From Coprobacillus sp. CAG:698 (lineage in GTDB: Bacteria > Bacteroidota > Bacteroidia > Bacteroidales > Bacteroidaceae), in NCBI GenBank assembly GCA_963599995.1, contig CAVCAX010000060.1, positions 37,372 to 101,371 on the forward strand: DNA of 64,000 bases. Direction: 5' to 3'. A model generated the notes under the pieces. That model ran no database searches, had not been told where the DNA came from, and saw only the letters and a program-made list of their open reading frames with translations. Below are positions 1 through 8,903 of this stretch, in pieces. Both the position numbers and the translations under genes were made by a program. The first letter of the stretch is position 1. Each line of letters starts with the position of its first letter.

Positions 1-1248
1 TTCGGCTTCGATGAGATACATCTCCGCACTGCGGAAGAGGCTGTACGGCATCACACCCAGTCCGTCCTGACACTTGAACTTGAACGACATGTAGGCAAAC
101 ACATAGTTGGAAGCCGGAATATCGGGATGCAATCTGCGGGCGTATGCGTCCAGGTCTGCTTTGGCACGTCCGTTGTAGTTGGCTGTGGCGTGTGTGTAAT
201 AAGGCAGTGCATTTTCCTCTTCATCGTATGGATTGAGCCAAAGCTGGCGGCGGATGTCACTTGCCGGAAGCTTGTCGTACAACGTCTTGTTAATACAGGG
301 CGGATAATTCTTCATGAGCAGGTTGTCTGAGTTGTAAGCCAGGCGTACAGCGTAGGAAGAGTTGCCTAAGGTCTCTTCTGTACTGTCGTAGATGCTCCAT
401 ATCCACTCTTGGTTGGCGGTGCTGAATCCCCCGTTCAGGTATTCGTCGTTGCTCATGAGCGGGTAGCTGGCGCGTACCAAAGCTGCATAATGGGCAGCTG
501 TCTCCCAGTCTTCGCGGGTCAGTGCGGCGCGGGCGTAAATGGCATAGGCGGCATCGATGTTTATCTTGTGAGTCTCACCGGCTGCACGGCTGTGTCCTGA
601 AGCCTGATAGAGGTCTATGGCGCGGTCGAGGTCGTTGTACACCTGCCGGTAGCAGGCGGCCATAGAGGCAATGGGACAGTCTTCAGTGGAGGTTTCGAGA
701 CGGAGTACCACGCCGTCGGCTGCTCCGTTGTTGGAGTCGCACCAACGGGGAGCGTAGAATTGCAGTAATTGCAGGTAGCTGAAAGCACGGTAGGTGAGAG
801 CCTGTGCGTAGATGTATTTGAACTTGCTGCTCGCCTCCGGATTCACTTCGCTGAGGATGGTGTTGGCGTTGCTCACGATCTTGTAGTAGTAGTGCCACGG
901 ATAAGTGGTGATGAGACTGCTGGGGATGGCATGTGAGGCCCCGTTGAATATACTGTAATAGTTGTTGATGGGGTTGTACATGTCCGCTCCCGGCCAATCG
1001 GCATAGAAGAGGCGGATGGTACCCTCACCGTTGTAGTACACGTTGTTGAGCGAGTGTGCCGTATAGGTGGTTTTCATCAGCTTGGCCAGTCCGTTTACGG
1101 CATACTCGGCATAGTCTTCGCTCTTAAAAAGATCGGAGGGAGACACGGCGTTGGTGGGCGTGGTGTCCAAGTAGTCGCCTGCACAGGCTGTGCACAGCAG
1201 CGGCAGGCACAGGCAGGCTTTTATGAAGAGTTTATTCAGATGTTTCAT
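1..1248 (-). CDS. RagB/SusD family outer-membrane lipoprotein (3' end beyond window edge)
   Basis: Not in ORF track because it has no stop in the window. Manual translation from ATG at 1248: MKHLNKLFIKACLCLPLLCTAC-AGDYLDTTP (lipobox), YAQALTYRAFSYLQLLQFY, VYNDLDRAI, ending LFRSAEMYLIEAE (SusD C-terminal motif). Lies directly downstream of a susC. Confidence 0.93.
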   Translation of the reverse strand, partial: MKHLNKLFIKACLCLPLLCTACAGDYLDTTPTNAVSPSDLFKSEDYAEYAVNGLAKLMKTTYTAHSLNNVYYNGEGTIRLFYADWPGADMYNPINNYYSIFNGASHAIPSSLITTYPWHYYYKIVSNANTILSEVNPEASSKFKYIYAQALTYRAFSYLQLLQFYAPRWCDSNNGAADGVVLRLETSTEDCPIASMAACYRQVYNDLDRAIDLYQASGHSRAAGETHKINIDAAYAIYARAALTREDWETAAHYAALVRASYPLMSNDEYLNGGFSTANQEWIWSIYDSTEETLGNSSYAVRLAYNSDNLLMKNYPPCINKTLYDKLPASDIRRQLWLNPYDEEENALPYYTHATANYNGRAKADLDAYARRLHPDIPASNYVFAYMSFKFKCQDGLGVMPYSLFRSAEMYLIEAE

Positions 1249-1276
1249 TTGTATCGTCTTTTATCGGAATCACTTT

Positions 1277-4200
1277 TTAGAGGTTTATGTTTACACCGAG
1301 CGTGAATACGCGGGCAATGCTTGTGTAGTTACGCACCACGCCATCGAACGACTGTGCGGGGTTCAAGCCCTTACGCTTGCTCAGCAGGAAGGCATTCTCG
1401 ACACTGCCATACACGCGCATGGCACCCAGTCCCAACCGGCTGCTCCACATGGCCGGCAGACGGTAGGCGAGAGTGACGTTCTTCAAGGTGAAGTAGTTGC
1501 CGCTCACGAGGTAACGCGATGATGCTTCCGGAGAGTTGTATCCGTTGATGGTGGTATCGTAGTTTACTTGCGGCACTCCGTCGGGATCGATACGGCAAGG
1601 GGAGTTTTCCGTCATGCCCTCGGGTATTCCGTTCCATGCCTTGACCAAGTCGGTACTCAGTGCATGTACGGCGGCGGTACTCATCAGAGTACGGTACGGG
1701 AGGTCGAGCACCTTAGAACCGCAACTGAAGTTCATCAGGGCGGAAAGTGTGAGGTCTTTCCAACGCAGGGAGGTGGTGATAGAACCGTTGATCTTCGGTA
1801 ACGCATTGCCGCAACGTCCTTTGCCGGCATATTGCGGCTTGCCCACATAGTATTCACCGTTTATCTCGGTCCACTCTTCCGGAGCCAACGCCTTACGGCC
1901 TGTTACATCCTCGTCTGCATTGACAGGGTGGCCTTCGCTGTCGGCAATGAAGTAAGCATTGTAGTCGGGGCGGTATACAGCTTGTCCCGTCATCTGGTCC
2001 ACACCTTCATATTGATAGAGCCAGAAGTCATAGAAGCTTTCTCCCTCTTGCAGTTTGTAATAGTCGCCTACGAGGATCCCCTGCTCACGCTCTTTGTCCG
2101 GCAGTCGTCCCACTTTGTTTTTCGTCTTCCAAAGGTTTACTCCTACGTTCCACTGCCAGTCGCGGTTGCGTATCACATCACCGTCAATACTCAGTTCCCA
2201 TCCGCGGTTGGACATACTGCCCACGTTTTTCCATACGGTAGACTGTGCAGTCGATGAGTCGGTAGCTCCGGAAGAAAGCGGCTGGATGAACGAGAAGAGC
2301 AAGTCGTCCGACCGTTTGTCGAAATAGTTGAAGCTGAGATTTACCCGGTTGAAGATTCGGGTGTCCACTCCCACGTTCCAGGTGGAGTTCGTCTCCCACT
2401 TCAAATCTTTGTTCTCATTCTGTGTCTTGAAATAAGCTGCCGAGCCTCCGTATTCGGTAATGGAGCTATACAGTTGCATCCATTTGTAGAGACTGCCGCT
2501 GCCAAAGTTATCGTTACCCACCTGGCCGTAAGAGAAGCGCAGCTTGAGGTTGTTTATCCACGAAACGTCTTGCATGAACGCTTCGTTGGATACGATCCAC
2601 GATGCTCCCGCACTCCAGAAGTTACCCCAGCGGTTGTCGGTATAGAAGATGGACGAACCGTCGCGACGGAAAGAGGCTTCGAGGAAGTACGTGTCGTTGT
2701 AGTTATAGCGTGCACGGGTGAGGTATCCTTCCGTACGGTAGGTATCTTTGTAACCGGTTATGCTGTTCATGGTCGTGAAGTTGGACATCTCTGTGATACC
2801 GGGAATGCTTTCGTGTGTTTTTTTCAAGTAGCTGTAGTCACGTTGGTAGTCATAGTTCTCGTGTGCGGCCATCCATTCCACCAGGTGTGCACCGAAAGCG
2901 TGTCTCCATGTCAGCATCTGTTTCAGGTAGTATTCTTTGTATTTGCTGGTCTGCTCTACGAGGTTTCCGCTCACACTCTTGTAGGCACCTATTTCTCCGT
3001 TTCCGTATTCACGGTAGGTATAGTTGCGCAGGCTGGTGTTTCCTTGCAGTGAGAAAGTGAAGTCGCGCAGGAAGTTGATGTCCGCATACGCCTTTCCTGC
3101 AATGTTGTCGCTTGTGCTTCGGCGCATGTCCTTTTCCATCTCCAGCATGATGTGGCGTTCCACTGTTCCGAGATCGCCCGTGACACGGCTTACCGATCCG
3201 TCGTCATATTGCTTCTCTCCTTGTTCATCGAGGATGTAGTCACCTTTGGCGTGCAGCAATGCACCGTTGGCATCGTACACATCATTCATGTAGTGTTGGT
3301 GTACGGGGTAGATGGGAGCGATGCGGCGTGCAAAGTAGAAACCGTTGGAGGTTGAGGACGTTTGGTTGGCACTTATGGCACCCGCATTCCAGTCGGTCAC
3401 CTGTCGTGAGGCGTTGAGTGAAAGTCCTGTCTTTATCCATGGAGCAGGGTTGAAGTCTGCGCTCATTTGTCCGATGATCCGGTTGAAATTGCTCTTTTTG
3501 GCAAATCCCTTGTCATCGAGATATCCCAAGGAGAAGCGCAGATGGCTCTTTTCGGTACCTGTTTCACCGGAGAGGTTGTATTCCTGCCGGTATCCGTTGC
3601 GGGTATAGGGGTCATACCAGTCGAGGTCTTCTGCATAGCTGTCCAGTACTTGTGCGTCGGCAACCAAGTGTCCGTTTGCGTCGAACAGTTCGTTGTCGGC
3701 CTTGTTGAAGATATTGAGACCCAGCACTGTGGGTATCAAATCGTTGCTGGCAGCTACACCGGCTTCTTCGAGTGTCTTCCCTTGAGTGCTGACGAGTGAG
3801 TTGCGGTAGGACTGCCACATGGTCTCCATAAATTGACCGGGGTTCATGCGGTCGTAGTCGCTCTGTCCGCGGTGGCTGAATCCCTGACGGATCCCCAACT
3901 GGAGGGAAGTCCCGGTTTTTCTGGCTTTCTTGGTGGTGATAAGAATCACGCCGTTGGAGGCGCGGCTACCGTAGAGGGCACACGAAGCGGCATCTTTTAG
4001 CACGCTCACGCTCTCCACATCGGCGGGGTTGATATCGGTCATTCCTCCTGTGTAGGGCATGCCGTCTACTACGATGAGCGGGCTGTTGCTACCGTTGATG
4101 GAACTGTATCCGCGCACGCGTATTTGTGCTTCATAGCCCGGCTGCCCGATACCGTCTACTGCTTGTACGCCCGGTATGAGTCCGTTGAGTACGGAAGTGA

Positions 4201-4651
4201 CGGCGCTGACGGGGCGCATCTCGATCTGTTTGCTGTCCACCGTAGAAACGGCTCCCGTGAGAGATTTCTTTTGTGCAGTTCCGTAAGCCACCTGTATCAC
4301 CACGTTGTCCAGTAGATTTTCACTGGGACTTAGAACAATACGCATCAACTTGCGTTGCACGGGCACATTGACTGTCTGATATCCAATGTAGGAAACGGTT
4401 AAAACTTGTTGTTCGGAAAGAGGGGGATTGAAGGTAAACGTTCCGTTGAGATCGGAAATTTGTCCTGACTGCGTACCCTTCACTGTGATGGATGCACCTA
4501 CAAGCGGCTCACCGCTTTCTGCATCTACAACAACGCCGGAGGTACCATTGGCTTGTTGTGCATTTGCCTGAAGAATGTATAGAAATGAGCAAAGAAGAAA
4601 CGCACTCCATTTCGCAAATTCTTTTCGGCAATTCTTTGATGTTATAACCAT
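1277..4651 (-). CDS. SusC/RagA family TonB-dependent transporter
   Basis: 1124 aa. Signal peptide, CarboxypepD-like N-domain, plug motif DINPADVESVSVLKDAASCALYGSRASNGVILITTK, RRDGSS/NRWGNFWS motifs, C-terminal beta strand. Confidence 0.97.
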   Translation of the reverse strand: MVITSKNCRKEFAKWSAFLLCSFLYILQANAQQANGTSGVVVDAESGEPLVGASITVKGTQSGQISDLNGTFTFNPPLSEQQVLTVSYIGYQTVNVPVQRKLMRIVLSPSENLLDNVVIQVAYGTAQKKSLTGAVSTVDSKQIEMRPVSAVTSVLNGLIPGVQAVDGIGQPGYEAQIRVRGYSSINGSNSPLIVVDGMPYTGGMTDINPADVESVSVLKDAASCALYGSRASNGVILITTKKARKTGTSLQLGIRQGFSHRGQSDYDRMNPGQFMETMWQSYRNSLVSTQGKTLEEAGVAASNDLIPTVLGLNIFNKADNELFDANGHLVADAQVLDSYAEDLDWYDPYTRNGYRQEYNLSGETGTEKSHLRFSLGYLDDKGFAKKSNFNRIIGQMSADFNPAPWIKTGLSLNASRQVTDWNAGAISANQTSSTSNGFYFARRIAPIYPVHQHYMNDVYDANGALLHAKGDYILDEQGEKQYDDGSVSRVTGDLGTVERHIMLEMEKDMRRSTSDNIAGKAYADINFLRDFTFSLQGNTSLRNYTYREYGNGEIGAYKSVSGNLVEQTSKYKEYYLKQMLTWRHAFGAHLVEWMAAHENYDYQRDYSYLKKTHESIPGITEMSNFTTMNSITGYKDTYRTEGYLTRARYNYNDTYFLEASFRRDGSSIFYTDNRWGNFWSAGASWIVSNEAFMQDVSWINNLKLRFSYGQVGNDNFGSGSLYKWMQLYSSITEYGGSAAYFKTQNENKDLKWETNSTWNVGVDTRIFNRVNLSFNYFDKRSDDLLFSFIQPLSSGATDSSTAQSTVWKNVGSMSNRGWELSIDGDVIRNRDWQWNVGVNLWKTKNKVGRLPDKEREQGILVGDYYKLQEGESFYDFWLYQYEGVDQMTGQAVYRPDYNAYFIADSEGHPVNADEDVTGRKALAPEEWTEINGEYYVGKPQYAGKGRCGNALPKINGSITTSLRWKDLTLSALMNFSCGSKVLDLPYRTLMSTAAVHALSTDLVKAWNGIPEGMTENSPCRIDPDGVPQVNYDTTINGYNSPEASSRYLVSGNYFTLKNVTLAYRLPAMWSSRLGLGAMRVYGSVENAFLLSKRKGLNPAQSFDGVVRNYTSIARVFTLGVNINL

Positions 4652-4696
4652 GATATAAATTTTGTTTGTTAAGTAGTGTGTTAACTACATGTTTCG

Positions 4697-4704
4697 CAAA
4701 GTTA
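4697..4704 (-). promoter_or_regulatory. Bacteroidetes sigma-A -7 box (TAACTTTG) for susC-susD
   Basis: Matches TAnnTTTG consensus, ~45 nt upstream of the susC ATG. Confidence 0.6.
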
Positions 4705-5070
4705 ATATATAATGATTTAATTTAAATTTACGGGGAATGGGTAATTATGTTTGTTTAACTATTGTCGGGTTATAATTATACTTATTTAGAAATAAAGGCG
4801 TGTTTTGCAGTATATAGTATTGCGATTGGACACTTTTGGGGGATAAATTGGAATAAAAATACAAAGTACCCTTATTCTCTTTTCTACTTTCACATCGTAC
4901 ATGTTTCATGGCGTACACCGGTGAGTGGGTTCTGCTTTTTGTTTGTATGTATGTGTGTGTTCTCCAATCAGTAAGAGGACTGAAAGGTGTTGATAAGAAA
5001 GATAGCGGTCGGAAATGTAAATTTAATTTTGTGTAGTTGCGGAAAATGAAGCATGGATGGACAGACCGGC

Positions 5071-6138
5071 TTATAAAGTCAGTCCGTCCAGTAATTTCAG
5101 ATACAGGTCTACGGCCTCTTCCATCTCTTTCAGCATAACGTATTCATCTGCCGTATGTGAACGTGATGAACGCCCCGGTCCTATCTTTACCGATGGAAAC
5201 GGCATTAAGGCTTGGTCTGACAGGGTAGGAGACCCGAAAGGAACACGACCCAGTTTAATGGCTTTCTGCACAAACGGGTGCTTCTCCTCGATACGCGAAG
5301 AGTTGAGACGGAACGAACGCGCTTCGGCTTTGCAGGAGATGTGTTTCTTTATCTCCGCAAATAACTCTTCGTTGGAATACAGCTCGTTGCTCCGTACGTC
5401 TACCACAAACGTGCATCGGTCGGGAATCACATTGTGCTGGGTGCCGGCGTTGATTACCGTAATACTCATCTTTACAGGACCGAGCAGGGGAGATTCCTTT
5501 TCAAAACGGTAGTCCCGAAACCAGGCGATGTCATCCAATACTTTATAGATAGCGTTGTCGCCTTCATTGCGTGCGGCATGTCCGGCTTTTCCGGTAGCGG
5601 TCACGTCCAATACCATCAGGCCTTTTTCGGCAATGGCAGGTTGCATCTCTGTCGGTTCTCCCACGATGGCAAACGAGATGGGAGGGAGACCTTTTAATAC
5701 ACTCTCTATTCCGTCTTTACCGGAGACTTCTTCTTCACAGGAAGCCAGATAGATCAGATTGTATGATTGCTCTGTTCTGCATAGTTGCAGGAACACTTGT
5801 AATAAGGTAACCACACTGGCACCGGCATCATTGCTTCCCAGTCCATAGAGCTTTCCGTTTTCCTCTCTTGGAGTGAAGGGATCTTTCCGCCAGCCATTTA
5901 CGGGTTTCACCGTGTCGATGTGGGAATTGAGGAGTATGGTCGGCTTTTTCAGATCGAACATCGGACTGAGGCACCAGATGTTGTTGCCTTTACGTCCGGT
6001 TGTCATACCTTCCGCTTCGATATAATTCTGTAGATAGTCGGCTGCTTGTGCTTCTTCGCGGCTGACCGAGGGGATGGCTATAAGCGATTTAAGAAGGCTT
6101 ACGGCCTCTGTCGTTAAGTAAGATACATCGTATTTCAT
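5071..6138 (-). CDS. M20 family metallohydrolase, ArgE/DapE-like (acetylornithine deacetylase / succinylcitrulline desuccinylase type)
   Basis: Motifs LNSHIDTV, GLGSNDAG, SCEEE, IVGEPT, GKAGHAA, SHTADE. Confidence 0.9.
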   Translation of the reverse strand: MKYDVSYLTTEAVSLLKSLIAIPSVSREEAQAADYLQNYIEAEGMTTGRKGNNIWCLSPMFDLKKPTILLNSHIDTVKPVNGWRKDPFTPREENGKLYGLGSNDAGASVVTLLQVFLQLCRTEQSYNLIYLASCEEEVSGKDGIESVLKGLPPISFAIVGEPTEMQPAIAEKGLMVLDVTATGKAGHAARNEGDNAIYKVLDDIAWFRDYRFEKESPLLGPVKMSITVINAGTQHNVIPDRCTFVVDVRSNELYSNEELFAEIKKHISCKAEARSFRLNSSRIEEKHPFVQKAIKLGRVPFGSPTLSDQALMPFPSVKIGPGRSSRSHTADEYVMLKEMEEAVDLYLKLLDGLTL

Positions 6139-6142
6139 GCTG

Positions 6143-6150
6143 CAAACTTA
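6143..6150 (-). promoter_or_regulatory. -7 box TAAGTTTG, 4 nt before the M20 ATG (probable leaderless mRNA)
   Basis: Minus strand reads TAAGTTTG-CAGC-ATG. Confidence 0.6.
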
Positions 6151-6360
6151 CAGATAATTCTTGAAAAAGGCGATAGTTGCAGGTAGAAATACAATTTCTG
6201 CCGGAATGCTTTACCGGGAAGAATGCCGTTCACGACTTTATCGGATTTTACAAAATTCGATATGGACAAATGATACGGAAAGTGTGAATGGACTGACATA
6301 ATTCTTTTATATTGTGTTTTCTGCTAACGTGTACTTCGCTCAAAAAGGGGCAAATAGAGA

Positions 6361-6545
6361 AAAAAGTGCATAAAAGAATGTATAATATGCACTTTTTCCT
6401 GCATATTTCCAGGTAAAAGAGGATGAATATGCACTTTTCCCCGACCTATTAATGTGTTTTTCCCCGGTGAAAAGCTTCAGTTTCTCGTAGAGGAACGACT
6501 CGTTCCTCTACGAGAAACCATAAGAGTCTCTACGGGAAAAACATT
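6361..6545. repeat. Intergenic palindromic repeat cluster (REP-like)
   Basis: AAAAAGTGCATA...TATGCACTTTTT inverted repeat, a second AATATGCACTTTT copy, then ~22-nt units including a perfect 18-bp stem GTTTCTCGTAGAGGAACG-ACT-CGTTCCTCTACGAGAAAC at 6480-6518. Confidence 0.7.
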
Positions 6546-6891
6546 TTTCTCTTGGAGGGGAGCGCTTTTTACGCTAACAGTCAATCGAATTCAAATGGTT
6601 TTGAAGTGGAAAAAAGAATTGGATATGCGTATTTTTGAGATAAACGGCAAGTGAAATGCGGAAAAGACAATCTTGGTAATAGCTAATCTGTTATATGGGT
6701 AACTTTTGGATATGCCCAATACGGGAATGCGGAAGGTTTTTGGTGCCAGTCCACTCCTCTGCCTTAATAACGGAATCCTGCGGGATTTTAAATGTCATAT
6801 TGACATTTTGTACAGTCTCCGGAATAATCCTTGAATACTTCTTTCTTAAAGATTTAATTATGGGTATGGAATTAGTTTCAAATAAAACTAA

Positions 6892-6899
6892 TATCTTTG
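6892..6899 (+). promoter_or_regulatory. -7 box TATCTTTG for the acyl-CoA ligase gene
   Basis: Consensus match 28 nt upstream of ATG. Confidence 0.65.
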
Positions 6900-6927
6900 C
6901 CGTGTATTTACTAACACAACAAAAGAT

Positions 6928-8733
6928 ATGATTTATCATCATTTATCTGTCTTGGTTCATCGTCAGGCTGAAAAGTATGGCGAAAAGACAGCACTCCGAT
7001 ACCGGGATTATCAGACTGCACAATGGATTCCCATTTCATGGAACCAGTTCTCTAAAACAGTCAGACAGACCGCAAACTCTCTGGTGGCACTCGGTGTACA
7101 GGAGGAAGAGAATATCGGTATTTTTTCTCAAAACAAACCGGAATGCCTTTTTACGGATTTTGCAGCTTTCGCCAATCGGGCGGTGACTATTCCGCTGTAT
7201 GCAACGAGTTCTCCCGCGCAGGCGCAATACATCATCAATGATGCACAGATCCGTTTTCTTTTTGTCGGCGAACAATTTCAGTATGACGCTGCTTTCAGTG
7301 TATTCGGCTTTTGTCCGTCGTTGCAACAGATTATCATATTCGACCGCTCTGTGGTAAAAGACCGGCGGGATGTGTCTTCTATTTATTATGATGAATTTCT
7401 GGCAATGGGTGAAGGATTGCCGCGTAATGAGGTGGTGGAAGAACGTACTTCCCGTGCTTCGAACGATGACTTGGCCAATATCTTGTATACTTCCGGTACG
7501 ACGGGAGAACCCAAGGGTGTCATGTTGCATCACTCTTGCTTCCTTGAAGCCTTCCGCATTCACGATATTCGTCTGGTGGATATGTCGGACAAGGATGTGT
7601 CGATGAACTTCCTGCCATTGACCCATGTGTTCGAGAAAGCCTGGTGTTACCTCTGTATCCATAAAGGAGTGGAGATTTGTATTAACCTCCGCCCCGTGGA
7701 TATTCAGATGACGATTAAGGAGATCCGTCCGACTCTGATGTGCAGCGTACCGCGTTTCTGGGAGAAGGTTTACGCCGGTGTACAGGAGAAGATAGCCGAA
7801 ACGACCGGTATAAAGAAAGCGTTGATGCTCGATGCTATCCGTGTGGGTAAGATACACAACATAGACTACCTGCGTAAGGGGAAAACGCCCCCTTTGATGC
7901 TTCACTTGAAATACCGTTTCTATGAAAAGACGGTTTATTCATTGCTGAAGAAAACAATCGGTATTGAAAATGGCAACTTCTTCCCGACAGCCGGTGCGGC
8001 GGTTCCCGATGAAATCTGTGAGTTCGTACATTCGGTAGGCATCAATATGGTGGTGGGATACGGACTTACCGAGTCTACGGCAACCGTTTCATGCTTTCAG
8101 AACTCCGGGTATGAAATCGGTTCCGTTGGTACTGTCATGCCGGATGTAGAGGTGAAAATCGGTGAAAACAACGAGATTCTGCTGCGTGGAAAGACAATCA
8201 CCAAGGGGTATTATAAGAAAGCAGAGGCTACGGCGGAGGCTATTGATAAGGAAGGATGGTTTCATACAGGTGATGCCGGCTATCTGAAAGGGAATAACCT
8301 GTACCTGACGGAGCGCATCAAAGACTTGTTTAAAACGTCCAACGGAAAATATATATCTCCGCAAGCATTGGAGACCAAGTTAGCCGTCGACCGCTATATC
8401 GATCAGATTGCCGTTATTGCCGATCAGCGTAAATTCGTATCTGCGTTGATTGTACCCGTATATGGCTTTGTGAAAGATTATGCCAAAGAGAAAGGCATTG
8501 AATATAAAGATATGGAAGAGTTGTTGCAGCATCCCAAGATTGTAGGATTGTTCCGTGCCCGTATCGATACCTTGCAGCAACAGTTCGCTCATTATGAACA
8601 GGTGAAACGCTTTACGCTTCTACCCGAACCGTTCAGTATGGAAAGAGGAGAGCTGACAAACACATTGAAATTGAAACGTTCTGTAGTAGCCAAAAACTAT
8701 AAGGAACTGATCGATAAGATGTACGAGGAGTAA
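6928..8733 (+). CDS. Long-chain fatty acid--CoA ligase (AMP-dependent synthetase, FadD-like)
   Basis: ILYTSGTTGEPKG AMP-binding motif, GYGLTE, GWFHTGDAG, KTSNGKYISP, GELTNTLKLKR. Confidence 0.93.
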   Translation: MIYHHLSVLVHRQAEKYGEKTALRYRDYQTAQWIPISWNQFSKTVRQTANSLVALGVQEEENIGIFSQNKPECLFTDFAAFANRAVTIPLYATSSPAQAQYIINDAQIRFLFVGEQFQYDAAFSVFGFCPSLQQIIIFDRSVVKDRRDVSSIYYDEFLAMGEGLPRNEVVEERTSRASNDDLANILYTSGTTGEPKGVMLHHSCFLEAFRIHDIRLVDMSDKDVSMNFLPLTHVFEKAWCYLCIHKGVEICINLRPVDIQMTIKEIRPTLMCSVPRFWEKVYAGVQEKIAETTGIKKALMLDAIRVGKIHNIDYLRKGKTPPLMLHLKYRFYEKTVYSLLKKTIGIENGNFFPTAGAAVPDEICEFVHSVGINMVVGYGLTESTATVSCFQNSGYEIGSVGTVMPDVEVKIGENNEILLRGKTITKGYYKKAEATAEAIDKEGWFHTGDAGYLKGNNLYLTERIKDLFKTSNGKYISPQALETKLAVDRYIDQIAVIADQRKFVSALIVPVYGFVKDYAKEKGIEYKDMEELLQHPKIVGLFRARIDTLQQQFAHYEQVKRFTLLPEPFSMERGELTNTLKLKRSVVAKNYKELIDKMYEE

Positions 8734-8865
8734 TCTGCCGAACTGACATTAGAGTAAAGTTAAAAAATACGGGATGGTCTGTACCATCGGCTGATGTGGG
8801 GGAAAAGAATGTTATCAGGAGATACTTTTTATCTCCTGATTGTCGGATATGATAAGTAAAATCCC

Positions 8866-8873
8866 TATCTTTG
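8866..8873 (+). promoter_or_regulatory. -7 box TATCTTTG for the AAA-ATPase gene
   Basis: Consensus match 30 nt upstream of ATG. Confidence 0.6.
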
Positions 8874-8903
8874 TCTTTATAACCATTAATTCCCACCATA
8901 GCC

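Noticed and set aside
4652..5070. Invertible promoter or antisense sRNA upstream of the first susC
   Set aside because: Only a ~10-bp AT-rich inverted match (TTAAATTTAC/GTAAATTTAA), which does not enclose the -7 box, and a 10-bp direct repeat; no recombinase nearby.
6454..6942. Short ORFs in the M20/ligase intergenic region
   Set aside because: They run across palindromic repeats and the promoter and lack protein-like features.
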